DNA from: Candidatus Latescibacterota bacterium
GTDB lineage: Bacteria > Latescibacterota > UBA2968 > UBA8231
Assembly: GCA_965243025.1 (NCBI GenBank)
Contig: CBDETY010000003.1
Location: 5,952,001-6,016,000, forward strand
DNA: 64,000 nucleotides
Reading direction: 5' to 3'
Position 1 is the first letter of the stretch. Each line of letters begins with the position of its first letter. Shown here piece after piece: positions 1 to 10,434 of this stretch. A program made the translations under genes and the position numbers. The notes beneath the pieces were generated by a model. It saw nothing but the letters and a program-made list of their open reading frames with translations. It did not search any database and was not told the DNA's origin.

Positions 1-189
1 ATCGAGAGCCACTTGGGCGGGTTGAAATGGTACACCACGCCTAATGGCCGTATGCGTCGTGTGTACGCAAGGAAAGATGCGGATTTGAATGACCGAAAAC
101 ATTGGCCTGAATATTTCAAGTGGTTGATGGACATGCTGAAGGCTTTCGAGGATACATTCAGGCCTGTCGTACAGAGCCTGGAACCATGA
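1..189 (+). CDS. 3' end of a DUF4268-like protein (partial, window edge)
   Basis: Frame 1 reads IESHLGGLKW...DLNDRKHWPEYFKWLMDMLKAFEDTFRPVVQSLEP*, resembling DUF4268 C-termini. Confidence 0.55.
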   Translation: MESHLGGLKWYTTPNGRMRRVYARKDADLNDRKHWPEYFKWLMDMLKAFEDTFRPVVQSLEP

Positions 190-338
190 GTTGCGGATTT
201 TCCTGAAAAAGGAGGGTATCCTGAAGCTCCATACTCCATTGCTCCAAGTTGCGTTTCCGGCTGGCACGCCCGCCCTCTCGATGACGGGCTTCCCCTGACT
301 TTCCGACGTCTTCCCGACGTCCCGTTGTAACGGACAGG

Positions 339-2696
339 ATGCTTAGAACAGCCAAATACGCGGCTCTGGCAATCGGCCTGGCGCTGCCGGCACCGCCGGC
401 ATGCGCGCAGGGTGAGAACAGCAATCTCCGCATCGGGCTGTTGCTCGATTCCCGGCCCCGTGCAACCGATCCGGGAAGCGATCTGGATTTCCTCAGGAAG
501 GAAATCCACAAGGTGCTGGGGGCCGGCAGGTCGGTTCATTTCCTCCCGGAGCACCTGCGTTTCGGCGCGGAACCCGCGGACTACCTGTCCCTTGCGAACG
601 ACCCTGCGGTCGACCTGGTCATTGCCGTGGGGCCGGCAAACGCGGCGATGCTGGCCGCCCTGGGCGGTCTGCCCAAACCGACGATCGCCGTCGGGATCCT
701 CGACGTCGAGCTGCAGCGGATGCCGCTGGCCGAGCCCGGCGTATCCGGGGTGCCCAACTTCACCTACGTCCTCGGCACCCATGCCATCGAAAAGGACCTG
801 GAGGCATTCCACCGCATCCATCCCTTTTCGCACCTGGCCGTGATCGTCAGCGAGAACCTGAAGGACAGGCTGGATTTCGAGGGTTTCTTCCAACGCCTCG
901 CCGCCCCGTACGAAGCCGGGGTTGAGCTGGTCTTCTGGGGGGCGGAAGCCCCCATGCCGGTGTTGAGCGACTCGGTCGACGCGGTTTACCTGACAATGGT
1001 CTTCGAGCGCAGTCCCGAGGAGGTCGCCGCCCTGGCCGCGGCCATTGCCGGGCGCAGGCTTCCTTCCTTTGCCATGGGCCGGTCCTACGTGGATGCGGGC
1101 ATCATGGGGTGTGTCGGCGACCGGAACGCCCGGGACCGGATCGTCCGCAGCCTGGCCCTGATCGTCGAGGGGGTCGCCCTCGGGGAGGAGCTGGCGGCGA
1201 TGCCGGTCGAGCGCAACCTCGACGAGCAGTGGGTGCTGAACGCGGCAACGGTCCGCAAGATCGGCCTCGACCTCTCTTTCGAAACGCTGTTTTCGGCCCG
1301 CTTCCTCAAGGCCGACGAACCTGTCGGGGCCCGGCGCTTCAGTCTGCGGGAGATCATCGCCGAGGGCCTGCGGAGCAACCTCGACCTGCGCATCGAGAAG
1401 AGGAACGTCGATCTGGCCGCGCAGGAGATGCGGCGGGCAAGGTCGTCCCTGCTGCCTTCGGTGGAGACCTCGGCCACCCTGCTGCAGATCGACCCGGAGG
1501 CCGCCGACCGCGCTTTCGGCCAGCAGCCGGAGCGGACCGGAAAGGGGACCGGCACCGTGCAGCAGGTGCTGTTCTCCGAGCCGGCCCTGGCCAACCTGGA
1601 GATCCAGCGGTACCTCGCGGAGGCCGCCCGCCACCGGGCCGACCTGGTGGCGCTGGACGTGGTGCTCAACCTGGCGACCGCCTACTTCGATATCCTGCTG
1701 GCCAGGACCGCGGGGCGGATCCAGGACGAGAACCTCGAGGCCTCGCGCCGCAACCTGAAGATCGCCCGCACCCGGCATGCCGTCGGCTACGCGGGCGTCG
1801 CCGACGTGTTCCGCTGGGAGAGCGAAGTCGCGCGGGCGACCCAGTCCTCCATCCAGGCTTTCAATTCCCTGTACCTCGCCAAGGTGCAGCTCAACCGGTT
1901 GCTGAACCGGGCGGACATCGGCGAAGAGTTCGAGGTGGAGGATACCGCGATTTCCGACGTCCTGGGCGGCTTCGACCCGGCAGGTATGGGGGACCTGATC
2001 CGCCGCGCCGGGGACGTGGAGATCCTGACCGGGTTCCTCGTCGAAGAGGCCCTCGGGAACATGCCTTCGCTGAAGCAGCTGGAGGCCAACATCAAAGCGG
2101 CCGGGCGCCGGCAGCGGATGAACTACCGGCAGTACTACCTGCCTTCGGTGGCTTTGCGGGGACAGGCCGACTACACCTTCTGGCGCGACGGCAAGGGGAT
2201 GCCGCCCGCTTCGGCGGCCCCCCTCGACGCAACCTGGAACCTCGCCGTCCACTTCACCTATCCCCTGTTCCAGGGCAACCAGCGCAAGGTCGCCGTCGAC
2301 CAGACCGCGGTTCAGCAGCAGCAGCTCCGCCTTCAGGAAGAGAGCCTGCGGCAGCAACTCTCCCAGGCCGTCCGGGTGCGCGTGACGAACCTGGTTTCGA
2401 GGGGCACCAACATACACTTCGCGCAGGTGGCCGCGGCCAGCGCCCGCAGGAACTTCGAGCTGGTGCAGGATGCCTACGAGAAAGGCCTGCTGGGAATCGC
2501 CCAGCTGGTCGATGCGCAGCGGGCCTCCCTCTCCGCAAGCCAGGGGGAGGCCGGTGCGGTGTACGAGTACCTGGTCAGCTATCTGCAGCTGGAAAACAGC
2601 GTGGGGGGGTACACCATGTTCATGACTCCCGATGAGCGGGAAGCCTTCATCGGGCGCCTTACCGCGTTCTTCGCCGAAAGAAAAAGGGCACCATGA
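339..2696 (+). CDS. TolC-family outer-membrane efflux protein with N-terminal ABC substrate-binding-like domain
   Basis: 785 aa with signal peptide; OEP-like repeats (SLREIIAEGLRSNLDL, LLPSV, AYFDIL, YEKGLLGIAQLVDAQ); first gene of an RND trio. Confidence 0.85.
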   Translation: MLRTAKYAALAIGLALPAPPACAQGENSNLRIGLLLDSRPRATDPGSDLDFLRKEIHKVLGAGRSVHFLPEHLRFGAEPADYLSLANDPAVDLVIAVGPANAAMLAALGGLPKPTIAVGILDVELQRMPLAEPGVSGVPNFTYVLGTHAIEKDLEAFHRIHPFSHLAVIVSENLKDRLDFEGFFQRLAAPYEAGVELVFWGAEAPMPVLSDSVDAVYLTMVFERSPEEVAALAAAIAGRRLPSFAMGRSYVDAGIMGCVGDRNARDRIVRSLALIVEGVALGEELAAMPVERNLDEQWVLNAATVRKIGLDLSFETLFSARFLKADEPVGARRFSLREIIAEGLRSNLDLRIEKRNVDLAAQEMRRARSSLLPSVETSATLLQIDPEAADRAFGQQPERTGKGTGTVQQVLFSEPALANLEIQRYLAEAARHRADLVALDVVLNLATAYFDILLARTAGRIQDENLEASRRNLKIARTRHAVGYAGVADVFRWESEVARATQSSIQAFNSLYLAKVQLNRLLNRADIGEEFEVEDTAISDVLGGFDPAGMGDLIRRAGDVEILTGFLVEEALGNMPSLKQLEANIKAAGRRQRMNYRQYYLPSVALRGQADYTFWRDGKGMPPASAAPLDATWNLAVHFTYPLFQGNQRKVAVDQTAVQQQQLRLQEESLRQQLSQAVRVRVTNLVSRGTNIHFAQVAAASARRNFELVQDAYEKGLLGIAQLVDAQRASLSASQGEAGAVYEYLVSYLQLENSVGGYTMFMTPDEREAFIGRLTAFFAERKRAP

Positions 2697-3799
2697 AACG
2701 AGGCAGGATTCAGAGGGTGAACCTCGAACCCGCGGGGATCTGTGCCCTGGCGTTGGGTATTTGGATCGGGTGCGGGGGGGAACCGCAGATCCCGGAGCCG
2801 GTTCGCCCGGTGAAGTACGCCGAGGTTCGTCCCGCGAGCGCGGTCCGCAGCCAGCGTTTTGCCGGCACCGCCAGGGCCGGCACCGAGGCGAGGCTCAGCT
2901 TCCGAACCGGAGGGCTCATCGAATCGATCGGCGTCAGGGCGGGCGACCGGGTGAAAGCCGGCCAGCGCCTCGCCGCCCTCGACAGCCGGGATGCCGCGCT
3001 CGCGTACCAGAAGGCGAGGGCGGCCCTGGAGAACGCCCGGGTGCAGAAGGCCAACGCCCAGTCCAGCCTCACCCGGATCCGGCAACTCTACCAGGCCGAC
3101 AACGTCTCTCTCGCCGAGTACGAACAGGCAAAGGCCGGTTACGCCGCCGCCGCCTCCAGCCATGAGTCCGCGGAGAAGAGCCTGGATCTGCAGGAACGCC
3201 AGCTGAGGTTCAACGAGATCCGCGCTCCTGTCGACGGCATCGTCACCGCGGTCAACTTCGAGGTCAACGAGGTGATCCAGGCCGGGGCCCCCCTGGTGGA
3301 GCTGAGCGCGGGCGAGGATATCGAAATGGAGGTGGGGGTCCCCGAGGGCCATATCGCCCGGATCGGGAACGGAGACCCGGTCAGCGTGCGTTTCTCGGCC
3401 CTTCCCGGGGTGGAGTTCGCCGCCCGGGTGCGGGAGATATCCTGGGCCCTCGACGCTTCCAGCACCTATCCGGTCAGGGTGCGGCTCGACGCCCCCTCCC
3501 CGTCCATCAGGCCCGGCATGGCAGGGGATGCGGAGTTCCGCTTCGGCACCGGAGGGCCGGCGGACCCGCTCGTGGTCCCGGTCAAGGCAGTGGGAGAAGA
3601 CGCCAGTGGCAGGTATGTCTTTGTCATTGACGGAGTCGGCCAGGGGGTGGGGACCGTCCAGCGGCGGGCGGTCCGCGTCGGCAGCCTGGTCGCGGACGGT
3701 TTCGTCGTCGAAGAGGGGCTCGCCGAAGGGGAGCTGGTCGCCACCGCGGGCCTCCGGTCGCTGATGAACGGGATGAAGGTGCGGCTCCTGGAACAGTGA
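2693..3799 (+). CDS. RND efflux periplasmic adaptor (membrane fusion protein)
   Basis: Lipobox-like IGC, GDRVKAGQRLA, IRAPVDGIV, RPGM motifs; ATGA overlap with upstream gene. Confidence 0.92.
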   Translation: MKRGRIQRVNLEPAGICALALGIWIGCGGEPQIPEPVRPVKYAEVRPASAVRSQRFAGTARAGTEARLSFRTGGLIESIGVRAGDRVKAGQRLAALDSRDAALAYQKARAALENARVQKANAQSSLTRIRQLYQADNVSLAEYEQAKAGYAAAASSHESAEKSLDLQERQLRFNEIRAPVDGIVTAVNFEVNEVIQAGAPLVELSAGEDIEMEVGVPEGHIARIGNGDPVSVRFSALPGVEFAARVREISWALDASSTYPVRVRLDAPSPSIRPGMAGDAEFRFGTGGPADPLVVPVKAVGEDASGRYVFVIDGVGQGVGTVQRRAVRVGSLVADGFVVEEGLAEGELVATAGLRSLMNGMKVRLLEQ

Positions 3800-3827
3800 G
3801 CCGCCCCCGACCTGAAGGCGCGTCGCC

Positions 3828-6800
3828 ATGAATCTCACCCGGATCGCCCTGGACAACAGCCGTGTCACCATCGCGGCCCTGCTTGTCGTTCTGGTTCTCG
3901 GCCTGGCAGGGTACCGGACGATGCCGCGCGACAGCATGCCCCCTTTCACGATCCGCGCCGCCTCGGTGGTGACCGGCTTTCCCGGCGCCGGTCCCGAGCG
4001 CGTCGAGTCCCTGATCACCGCCAGGATCGAGGAAGTCGCGCAGGAGCTGCCCGAGCTGGCAACTGTCACCAGTGAGTCGCGGACTGGTCTGTCGGTAGTG
4101 TCGGTGGTGCTCGAACCGGAAACATCGCCGGGGGAACTCCAGGCTGTATGGGACCGGTTGCGGCGCAAGATCGACACCGTTCGCCCGGACCTGCCCGAGG
4201 GCATCCATGGCCCCGAGGTAAAGGACGACGGTCTCGGGGTGGTGTTCGGCATCGTGATCGGCCTGACAGGGGACGGTTTCAGCTTCGCCGAAATGGAGGT
4301 GATCGCCAGGGAGCTGCGGGACGACATCATCAAGCTGCCCGGGGCTTCGGAGGTGAGGATCAGCGGAGTCCAGAAGGAGCGGATCTACCTGCAGTTCAAC
4401 GACGCCCGGATGGCGGAGCTGGGGCTTTCCGCGCAGAAGATCAGGAACAACATCGCCGCCACGAACATCGTTTTTCCCGGCGGCGAGGTCAGCCTGGAGG
4501 AGGAGCGCCTGGTGCTCGAGCCGACCGGCAGCTTCGCCGGCCTGGAGGACCTGGCGAGGACGCTGATTCCCGTGGGCAAGGGCGGGCAGGTGTACCTCGG
4601 GGACATCACCCGCATCGTCCGGGAGTACGAGACACCCCGGCAGCGCCTGGTCAGGATCAACGGTCAGCCGGGGCTGTCGCTCTCGGTGGCCCTCGGCGAA
4701 GGGGCCAACATCATCGCGCTGGGAAGGGAGGTGGACGGGCTGGTAGCCGGCCGCCAGGCGCGGGCTCCCCTCGGGATCGCCTTCAACAGGGTGGCATCCC
4801 AGGATTTCGAGGTGGCCAGGTCGGTCGCCGACTTCACCGGCAACCTCCTGCAGAGCGTCGCCGTGGTGCTGGCGACCATGCTTCTTTTCCTGGGGCTGCG
4901 CACCGGCCTTGTGGTGGCCAGCCTCATTCCCATGACCATCGTCGCCACCCTCTTCGTCATGGGTCTGTTCGATACCGGTCTCAACCAGGTGTCGCTGGCG
5001 GCCCTGATCATGGCGCTGGGCATGCTGGTGGACAACGCCATCGTGGTGTCGGAAGCGATCGCGGTGAAGATGGAAAAGGGCACCGGCGCCAGGGAGGCCG
5101 CCATCGAATCGGCCCGGGAGCTGGCGGCTCCGCTCCTGGTTTCATCGCTGACCACCTCCGCCGCCTTCCTCTCCTTCTTCCTGGCCCCGTCCATCATGGG
5201 CGAGATGATGGCGCCGCTCTTCAGCGTGATTTCCATTGCCCTGCTCTCCTCTTGGCTGCTCTCCCTGACCATAATCACCTTGCTGGCCGTGTTCTTCCTG
5301 CGGGTCAAACCGCAGGCCGCCCGGTCCGAAAGAAGCAACCTCATCGAGCGCTTGAACGGGTTTTACAATGGATTGCTGCTCAAGGCCCTTCGCCGCCCCT
5401 GGTCGTTTTCCGCAATCATCGCCGGACTATTTCTGCTGTCGCTTCTGGGATTCGGTTTCCTGCCGTTCATCTTCTTTCCGGACAGCCAGCGCAACCTGTT
5501 GACGCTGAATCTGAGCCTGCCCCTGGGAACCCGGATCGAGACCACGACCGCCCGGGTGCAGATGATCGAGTCGTACATCGCGGACAGTCTCCTCGTGAAC
5601 GAACACCGGCGGCGCGGGATAACGGATTGGGCCGCCTTCATCGGCGAGGGACCCCCCTCATATGACCTGGGGTACCAGCCGGGAGAGGGCAATCCGGGTT
5701 CCGCCCACATGCTGCTGAACACCAGTTCGGGCGAGGACAACCAGTGGCTGATCGACCGTTTGGACGGCTTCTGCTTCAGCTCCTTTCCCGATGCAGAGAC
5801 AAGGGTTTCGAGGCTGTCCGGGGGCGGCGGCGGCGGAAGCGACGTGGCCGTGCGCATTACCGGGCCGGATCCCGACGGGCTGTTCGCGATCGCCGGGCGC
5901 ATCAAGCAGAAGCTCAACGAGATTGCCGGAACGAAGAACATCGGGGACGACTGGGGGCCGAAGATCAAGAAAGTCGTGGTCGACATCGACCAGTCGAGGA
6001 CCCGCATGGCCGGCCTGACCAACCAGGATATCGCCCTTTCGCTGCAGGCGGCGCTCGCGGGGTTCGATATGGGCGCATTCCGCGAGGGAGACCGCAGCAT
6101 TCCCATCGTGCTGCGCCACGAGAGCAGCCAGGAGGTCGACGTGCGCCAGCTGGAGAGCCTGAACATTTTCGCCCAGGGATCGGGAATCAACGTGCCCCTG
6201 GGACAGGTGGCGCAGGTCGTTACGCAGTGGCAGCTGCCCAGGATCAAACGGCGCGATCTGAACCGCACCATGACGGTGACCTGCGATGCCGGGAGAGGAT
6301 TCACCGCCCGCGACGTCACCGACGCCCTCGTCCCCTGGCTCGAGGAGGACAGCCGATCCTGGAAGCAGGGCTACCGCTACGAGCTGGGGGGCGAGTCGGA
6401 AGAGAGCGGCGACGCCATGGGCGCCGTCATCTCCAAGCTGCCTCTTTCCGCCTTCATCATCCTCGGGCTGCTGATCCTGCAGTTCAACTCGATCCGCAAG
6501 ACCTTCATCGTGCTGAGCACCATTCCTCTCGGCCTGATCGGGGTGGTCGCCGGGTTGCTGATCTTCCGCTCGTTCTTCGGCTTCTTCGCCTTTCTCGGGT
6601 TGATCTCGCTTGCCGGCATCGTCATCAACAACGCCATCGTTCTACTCGACCGCATCCAGATCGAACAGGACCGGTCCGGGCGGGCTTCCGTCGATGCGAT
6701 CGTCGCGGCGGCCCGGCAGCGTTTCCGCCCCATCCTGCTGACCACCTGCACCACGACCCTGGGGTTGGTTCCCCTCTACCTCGGCGGCGGGCTGATGTGG

Positions 6801-6905
6801 GAGCCGATGGCGGTCTCCATCATGGTGGGCCTGTTGTTTGCCACGGTGATCACCCTGCTGTTCGTGCCGGTGCTGTACAAGATCCTCTTCCGCGTCGGAG
6901 ACTGA
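3828..6905 (+). CDS. RND efflux permease (AcrB/AcrD/AcrF family)
   Basis: 1025 aa; GMLVDNAIVV, GIVINNAIVLLD and RFRPILLT motifs. Confidence 0.95.
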   Translation: MNLTRIALDNSRVTIAALLVVLVLGLAGYRTMPRDSMPPFTIRAASVVTGFPGAGPERVESLITARIEEVAQELPELATVTSESRTGLSVVSVVLEPETSPGELQAVWDRLRRKIDTVRPDLPEGIHGPEVKDDGLGVVFGIVIGLTGDGFSFAEMEVIARELRDDIIKLPGASEVRISGVQKERIYLQFNDARMAELGLSAQKIRNNIAATNIVFPGGEVSLEEERLVLEPTGSFAGLEDLARTLIPVGKGGQVYLGDITRIVREYETPRQRLVRINGQPGLSLSVALGEGANIIALGREVDGLVAGRQARAPLGIAFNRVASQDFEVARSVADFTGNLLQSVAVVLATMLLFLGLRTGLVVASLIPMTIVATLFVMGLFDTGLNQVSLAALIMALGMLVDNAIVVSEAIAVKMEKGTGAREAAIESARELAAPLLVSSLTTSAAFLSFFLAPSIMGEMMAPLFSVISIALLSSWLLSLTIITLLAVFFLRVKPQAARSERSNLIERLNGFYNGLLLKALRRPWSFSAIIAGLFLLSLLGFGFLPFIFFPDSQRNLLTLNLSLPLGTRIETTTARVQMIESYIADSLLVNEHRRRGITDWAAFIGEGPPSYDLGYQPGEGNPGSAHMLLNTSSGEDNQWLIDRLDGFCFSSFPDAETRVSRLSGGGGGGSDVAVRITGPDPDGLFAIAGRIKQKLNEIAGTKNIGDDWGPKIKKVVVDIDQSRTRMAGLTNQDIALSLQAALAGFDMGAFREGDRSIPIVLRHESSQEVDVRQLESLNIFAQGSGINVPLGQVAQVVTQWQLPRIKRRDLNRTMTVTCDAGRGFTARDVTDALVPWLEEDSRSWKQGYRYELGGESEESGDAMGAVISKLPLSAFIILGLLILQFNSIRKTFIVLSTIPLGLIGVVAGLLIFRSFFGFFAFLGLISLAGIVINNAIVLLDRIQIEQDRSGRASVDAIVAAARQRFRPILLTTCTTTLGLVPLYLGGGLMWEPMAVSIMVGLLFATVITLLFVPVLYKILFRVGD

Positions 6906-6956
6906 CCTGCGTTTTCCAAGCTTCAGGAGTTGCGGAACTCCGGACCCAACAGCTCG

Positions 6957-7760
6957 TCAGCTGAAAAAGAGCCGCTCCGCGGTGCCGCGCAGGATCTGGT
7001 CGCGGTCGGACTCGGAGAGGCCGAGCTTGTCGCGCACAACGGAGATCGAGTCCTCCATCGTTTCCTTGACGACCTGGTACGGCGAGTCGCTCCCCCACAT
7101 GCACCGCCCGGGACCGAAGGCGTCGATGACGCGCCGTATCATGGGGATGAGGTCGTCGTGCGGCGGACCGTCGCCCAGAGCGTGGAGCCGGGATATCTTG
7201 ACGTGGGTATTCGGCAGGGCGGCGATGTCGGTCAACAACTCTATATGAGCGTCGTTTACCGGCTCCCTCTCCCCTACCCGTGTCATGTGGTCGACGACGA
7301 CCGTCGTACCGGGGTGTCTGGCGGCCATTTCCCTGATGGCGGGAGCGCCGGCCGGATGGGTGAGGGGGCACATGGCTTGACCGGTCTGGGCGGCGGCCTC
7401 GAAAAGGCGGTCCCACTGCGGGCCGTCGTAGTCGACGCCGATGCGGAACCCGCGAACGCCCTGTGCCTTCAGGGCTTCCATGTCCTCCTGGACGTCCTCC
7501 TTCATCTCGTCGACGATGCCTATTGCGCTGAACACGCCGGGGAAGCGCTCGAGGGCGTCGATGGCGTAGCTGTTGTCGAATTCGTGGTAGCCCGTCTGCA
7601 CGATGACGACCTTCCCGATCCCGGACGGTCCCGCGTGACGCAGGTACATCTCCGGCGTAAAGTCTGGAGGGTCGAGGTCCGCGGCGGCCTGCCCTCCGGC
7701 GAGGGGGTAACTGGCTACGTCGGAAGTCCAGAGGTGAATATGGGCGTCGATCCAGGCCAT
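6957..7760 (-). CDS. Amidohydrolase_2 family protein
   Basis: IDAHIHLW, VVDHM, MWGSDSPY. Confidence 0.9.
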   Translation of the reverse strand: MAWIDAHIHLWTSDVASYPLAGGQAAADLDPPDFTPEMYLRHAGPSGIGKVVIVQTGYHEFDNSYAIDALERFPGVFSAIGIVDEMKEDVQEDMEALKAQGVRGFRIGVDYDGPQWDRLFEAAAQTGQAMCPLTHPAGAPAIREMAARHPGTTVVVDHMTRVGEREPVNDAHIELLTDIAALPNTHVKISRLHALGDGPPHDDLIPMIRRVIDAFGPGRCMWGSDSPYQVVKETMEDSISVVRDKLGLSESDRDQILRGTAERLFFS

Positions 7761-7827
7761 CGTTTTCTCCTTTCAGCAGTGAAGTGATTCCCGAGTACTG
7801 AACCAAGATACAAGGAGAAAGTGCGAA

Positions 7828-10338
7828 GTGAAGCTTTGCAAGTTGCTGCTCCCGCTGGCCTTGGCGGCCGCCGCCGCCGCCCTGCCGGAAGACGACATGA
7901 TGTTCGACGTACCCAGGCTCGAGGGGGTCGTCGTCGACGGCGACGGTTCCGAGTGGGGGGACCGCGGATTGCGCATCGGCGTGATCAAAAGCAAGGAGGG
8001 GACCCCGACCCCGGCCGCCGATCTCGACGTCCGCTTCCGCCTCGGCTGGGACGACGAGGGACTGCTTCTGCTGCTGACCGTTCACGACGACGTCCCGGTG
8101 GAACACCCCTCGATGACCGAGCTGTGGTCGAAGGACTCGATCGAGCTGTTCGCGTCGACGGGGCCGGGTGCGAAGACGCTCTACCAGGTCTACCTCGGCC
8201 CCGGGCGGGACCCGGAGTTCCCCGAGGTGCGCAGGAAGTTCTTCGACCACCGGGAGAACGGGGAATCGATGGCGGAGCTCGAGCTCACGGCGGAGCGGTC
8301 GCTGACCGCAACGGGGTACGTCTTCGAGGTGCTGATGCCCTGGGCCAACCTCGGCCGCGAGCCGGCGACGGGAGCCGAGGCCGGCTTCCAGATCTACGTG
8401 AACGACTCCGACGTGAAGGAGCAGTGGGACTGGTACCGGGCGCTGTGGTACCCGCGCGACGCCGCCCACATGTATCCGGGCAACATGCACCGCCTGCGGC
8501 TGGCGGAAGAAGCCGGGCCGCCGGTCGAGGTGGTCTCGTCCGCCGGTCTCGACGGCACGCGCCTGCGGCTCGACCTGGCCGCGGTGCCGGAGCTCGCCGG
8601 CGCCGGGCTCAGCCTGATGTCGGGTGACCGGCTGGCGGCGGAAACCGCGTTCGAGCGGGACGCGACCAGGGCGTCGGCAACGGTCGAGCTGCCGCTGCTG
8701 CCCGAAGAGGAGCCGTACGGCACCCTGTCCGCGGTCGCGGAGGGCCGCGAAATCGCGCGGATCGAGCTTCCCGACCCGCGCCAGCTGGCCGCCCGGGAGC
8801 TGATGCAGATGAAAGTGATCTGCGACCCTCATGTCTTCACCGGGGTGGAGCTTCCCCCCTGCGGGCCTGAGCGGCCGACGCGGGTCGAGGGGCTGGCCGG
8901 ACGCTTCGAGGTGCGCACCCGGTACTTCGACAGCGGCTTCCGGGAAGTGACCGCGGCCGAGAGGCCGGGCCGCTACGGCGCCGTCGTCGAGATCGACACC
9001 GAACACTCGGGAGTTCTGCGCCGCTACCGCACCCTGTTCCGCCAGCCCGAGCCGGTTTCGTGGTGGCGGGAGGACGGCGTGATAGGGTCGGTGCGGCTCC
9101 CCGATCAGCTCGGGATCGCTCCCGAAACAGCGGCGCGCCATGCCGATTCCATCGCCGAGTACGCCAAGTGGCGGTTCGTCGAGAGCCTGAAGGAGGATGT
9201 CCGCGGCGCCGCCCTGCTGGCCGGCCTCTACGAAGAGGACCCGGGCGCGGAAGAACCGGTCGGGCCTGGCAACGACGCCGAGGCCAGGGACCGGCAGTGG
9301 TGGGTGGACCTGAAGCGCCGGCAGCAGGGGGCGGCAACCGCCGGCGCCGAACCGTTCGTCTGCCCCCGTCCGCTCGCCGGTGAGCCGGCGCCGGTGCTGC
9401 GCCCGGGTTCGGCGGCCGAAGCCGGGATGTCGCCGGAAGCGGTGGCCGGCATCGATTCCCTGTGCCGGGTGTGGGCCGAACAATCCGACCAGGGGTTCGC
9501 CGTGGCCCTCGCAAGGCGGGGAGTGCTCGTCCTGCACGAGGCATACGGCACGCGGGACGGAAGGCCGATGACGGTGGACGACCGCAGCTGGATGGCGTCG
9601 ATCACCAAGCTCCTGTCGGGCACCCTGATGATGATGCTCGTCGACCGGGGGCTCGTCGATCTCGACGCCCCGGTCGACACCTACCTGCCCTCCCTGCGCG
9701 GCATCGAGGTCGCCAGGCCGCTGACGATCCGGGATCTCTACATCCACACCAACGGCCTGTGGGGGCACTGGGGGGACGACCTGCACGACTTCGAGGAGAT
9801 CGTCGCCGGTTACTACCCCTACCTGCCGGTCAGGGAGCAGCACAGCTACAACGGCGCCGGGTACGCCCTCGGCGGCAAGGTGATCGAAGCGCTGACCGGC
9901 GAGGCGATTCCCATGTTCTACAAACGCCGCCTCCTCGACCCCCTCGGCTGCGCGAACACCCACGTCTCCGACACTTCCGGGGGCGCCACCAGCGTTCCCG
10001 CCGACATCGCCCGCATCGCGCAGATGCTGCTGAATCGCGGCGCCTACGGGGATTTGCGCTTCTTCAGCGAGGAGACGTTCGCGCAGATGCTGCCGGCGAA
10101 GCAGGTGCTGTCAAACGGCCAGGAGGTCGAGTGGGGGATCGGCGCCACCTGGCACAGGAAGGAGGGGCTCGGCGAGTCGACCTTCGGCCACGGCGCGGCC
10201 TCGGCGGCGACCCTGCGCATCGATCCGGAGAACGAGCTTATCGTCGTCATGACCCGCAACTCCGCGGGCACGCATTTTTCCGACTTCCATCCGCAGTTCC
10301 TCGAGATGGCCGGGAGGGCCTGCGAAACAGGTATGTAG
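7828..10338 (+). CDS. Secreted serine hydrolase (beta-lactamase fold) with N-terminal CBM9-like domain
   Basis: Signal peptide; VDGDGSEW and FRLGWDDEGL (CBM9-like); SxxK (ASITK), YNG, FGHG. Confidence 0.8.
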   Translation: MKLCKLLLPLALAAAAAALPEDDMMFDVPRLEGVVVDGDGSEWGDRGLRIGVIKSKEGTPTPAADLDVRFRLGWDDEGLLLLLTVHDDVPVEHPSMTELWSKDSIELFASTGPGAKTLYQVYLGPGRDPEFPEVRRKFFDHRENGESMAELELTAERSLTATGYVFEVLMPWANLGREPATGAEAGFQIYVNDSDVKEQWDWYRALWYPRDAAHMYPGNMHRLRLAEEAGPPVEVVSSAGLDGTRLRLDLAAVPELAGAGLSLMSGDRLAAETAFERDATRASATVELPLLPEEEPYGTLSAVAEGREIARIELPDPRQLAARELMQMKVICDPHVFTGVELPPCGPERPTRVEGLAGRFEVRTRYFDSGFREVTAAERPGRYGAVVEIDTEHSGVLRRYRTLFRQPEPVSWWREDGVIGSVRLPDQLGIAPETAARHADSIAEYAKWRFVESLKEDVRGAALLAGLYEEDPGAEEPVGPGNDAEARDRQWWVDLKRRQQGAATAGAEPFVCPRPLAGEPAPVLRPGSAAEAGMSPEAVAGIDSLCRVWAEQSDQGFAVALARRGVLVLHEAYGTRDGRPMTVDDRSWMASITKLLSGTLMMMLVDRGLVDLDAPVDTYLPSLRGIEVARPLTIRDLYIHTNGLWGHWGDDLHDFEEIVAGYYPYLPVREQHSYNGAGYALGGKVIEALTGEAIPMFYKRRLLDPLGCANTHVSDTSGGATSVPADIARIAQMLLNRGAYGDLRFFSEETFAQMLPAKQVLSNGQEVEWGIGATWHRKEGLGESTFGHGAASAATLRIDPENELIVVMTRNSAGTHFSDFHPQFLEMAGRACETGM

Positions 10339-10434
10339 AGGGAGCCCGAACCCGAGCCCATTGCCTCGACGCAGGCGCCGAGGTTCAGTAACCCCGCGGA
10401 CTCGCGGTCCGCCGTTCATGTCAGGAGGATTTTG

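Noticed and set aside
262-277. TGGCACG upstream of the TolC gene as a sigma54 promoter
   Set aside because: No GC at the -12 position; GG-N10 is followed by CT
6850-9963. 1037-aa minus-strand ORF and many similar long Arg/Pro/Gly-rich ORFs
   Set aside because: Antisense or off-frame shadows of well-supported genes in high-GC DNA; no motifs
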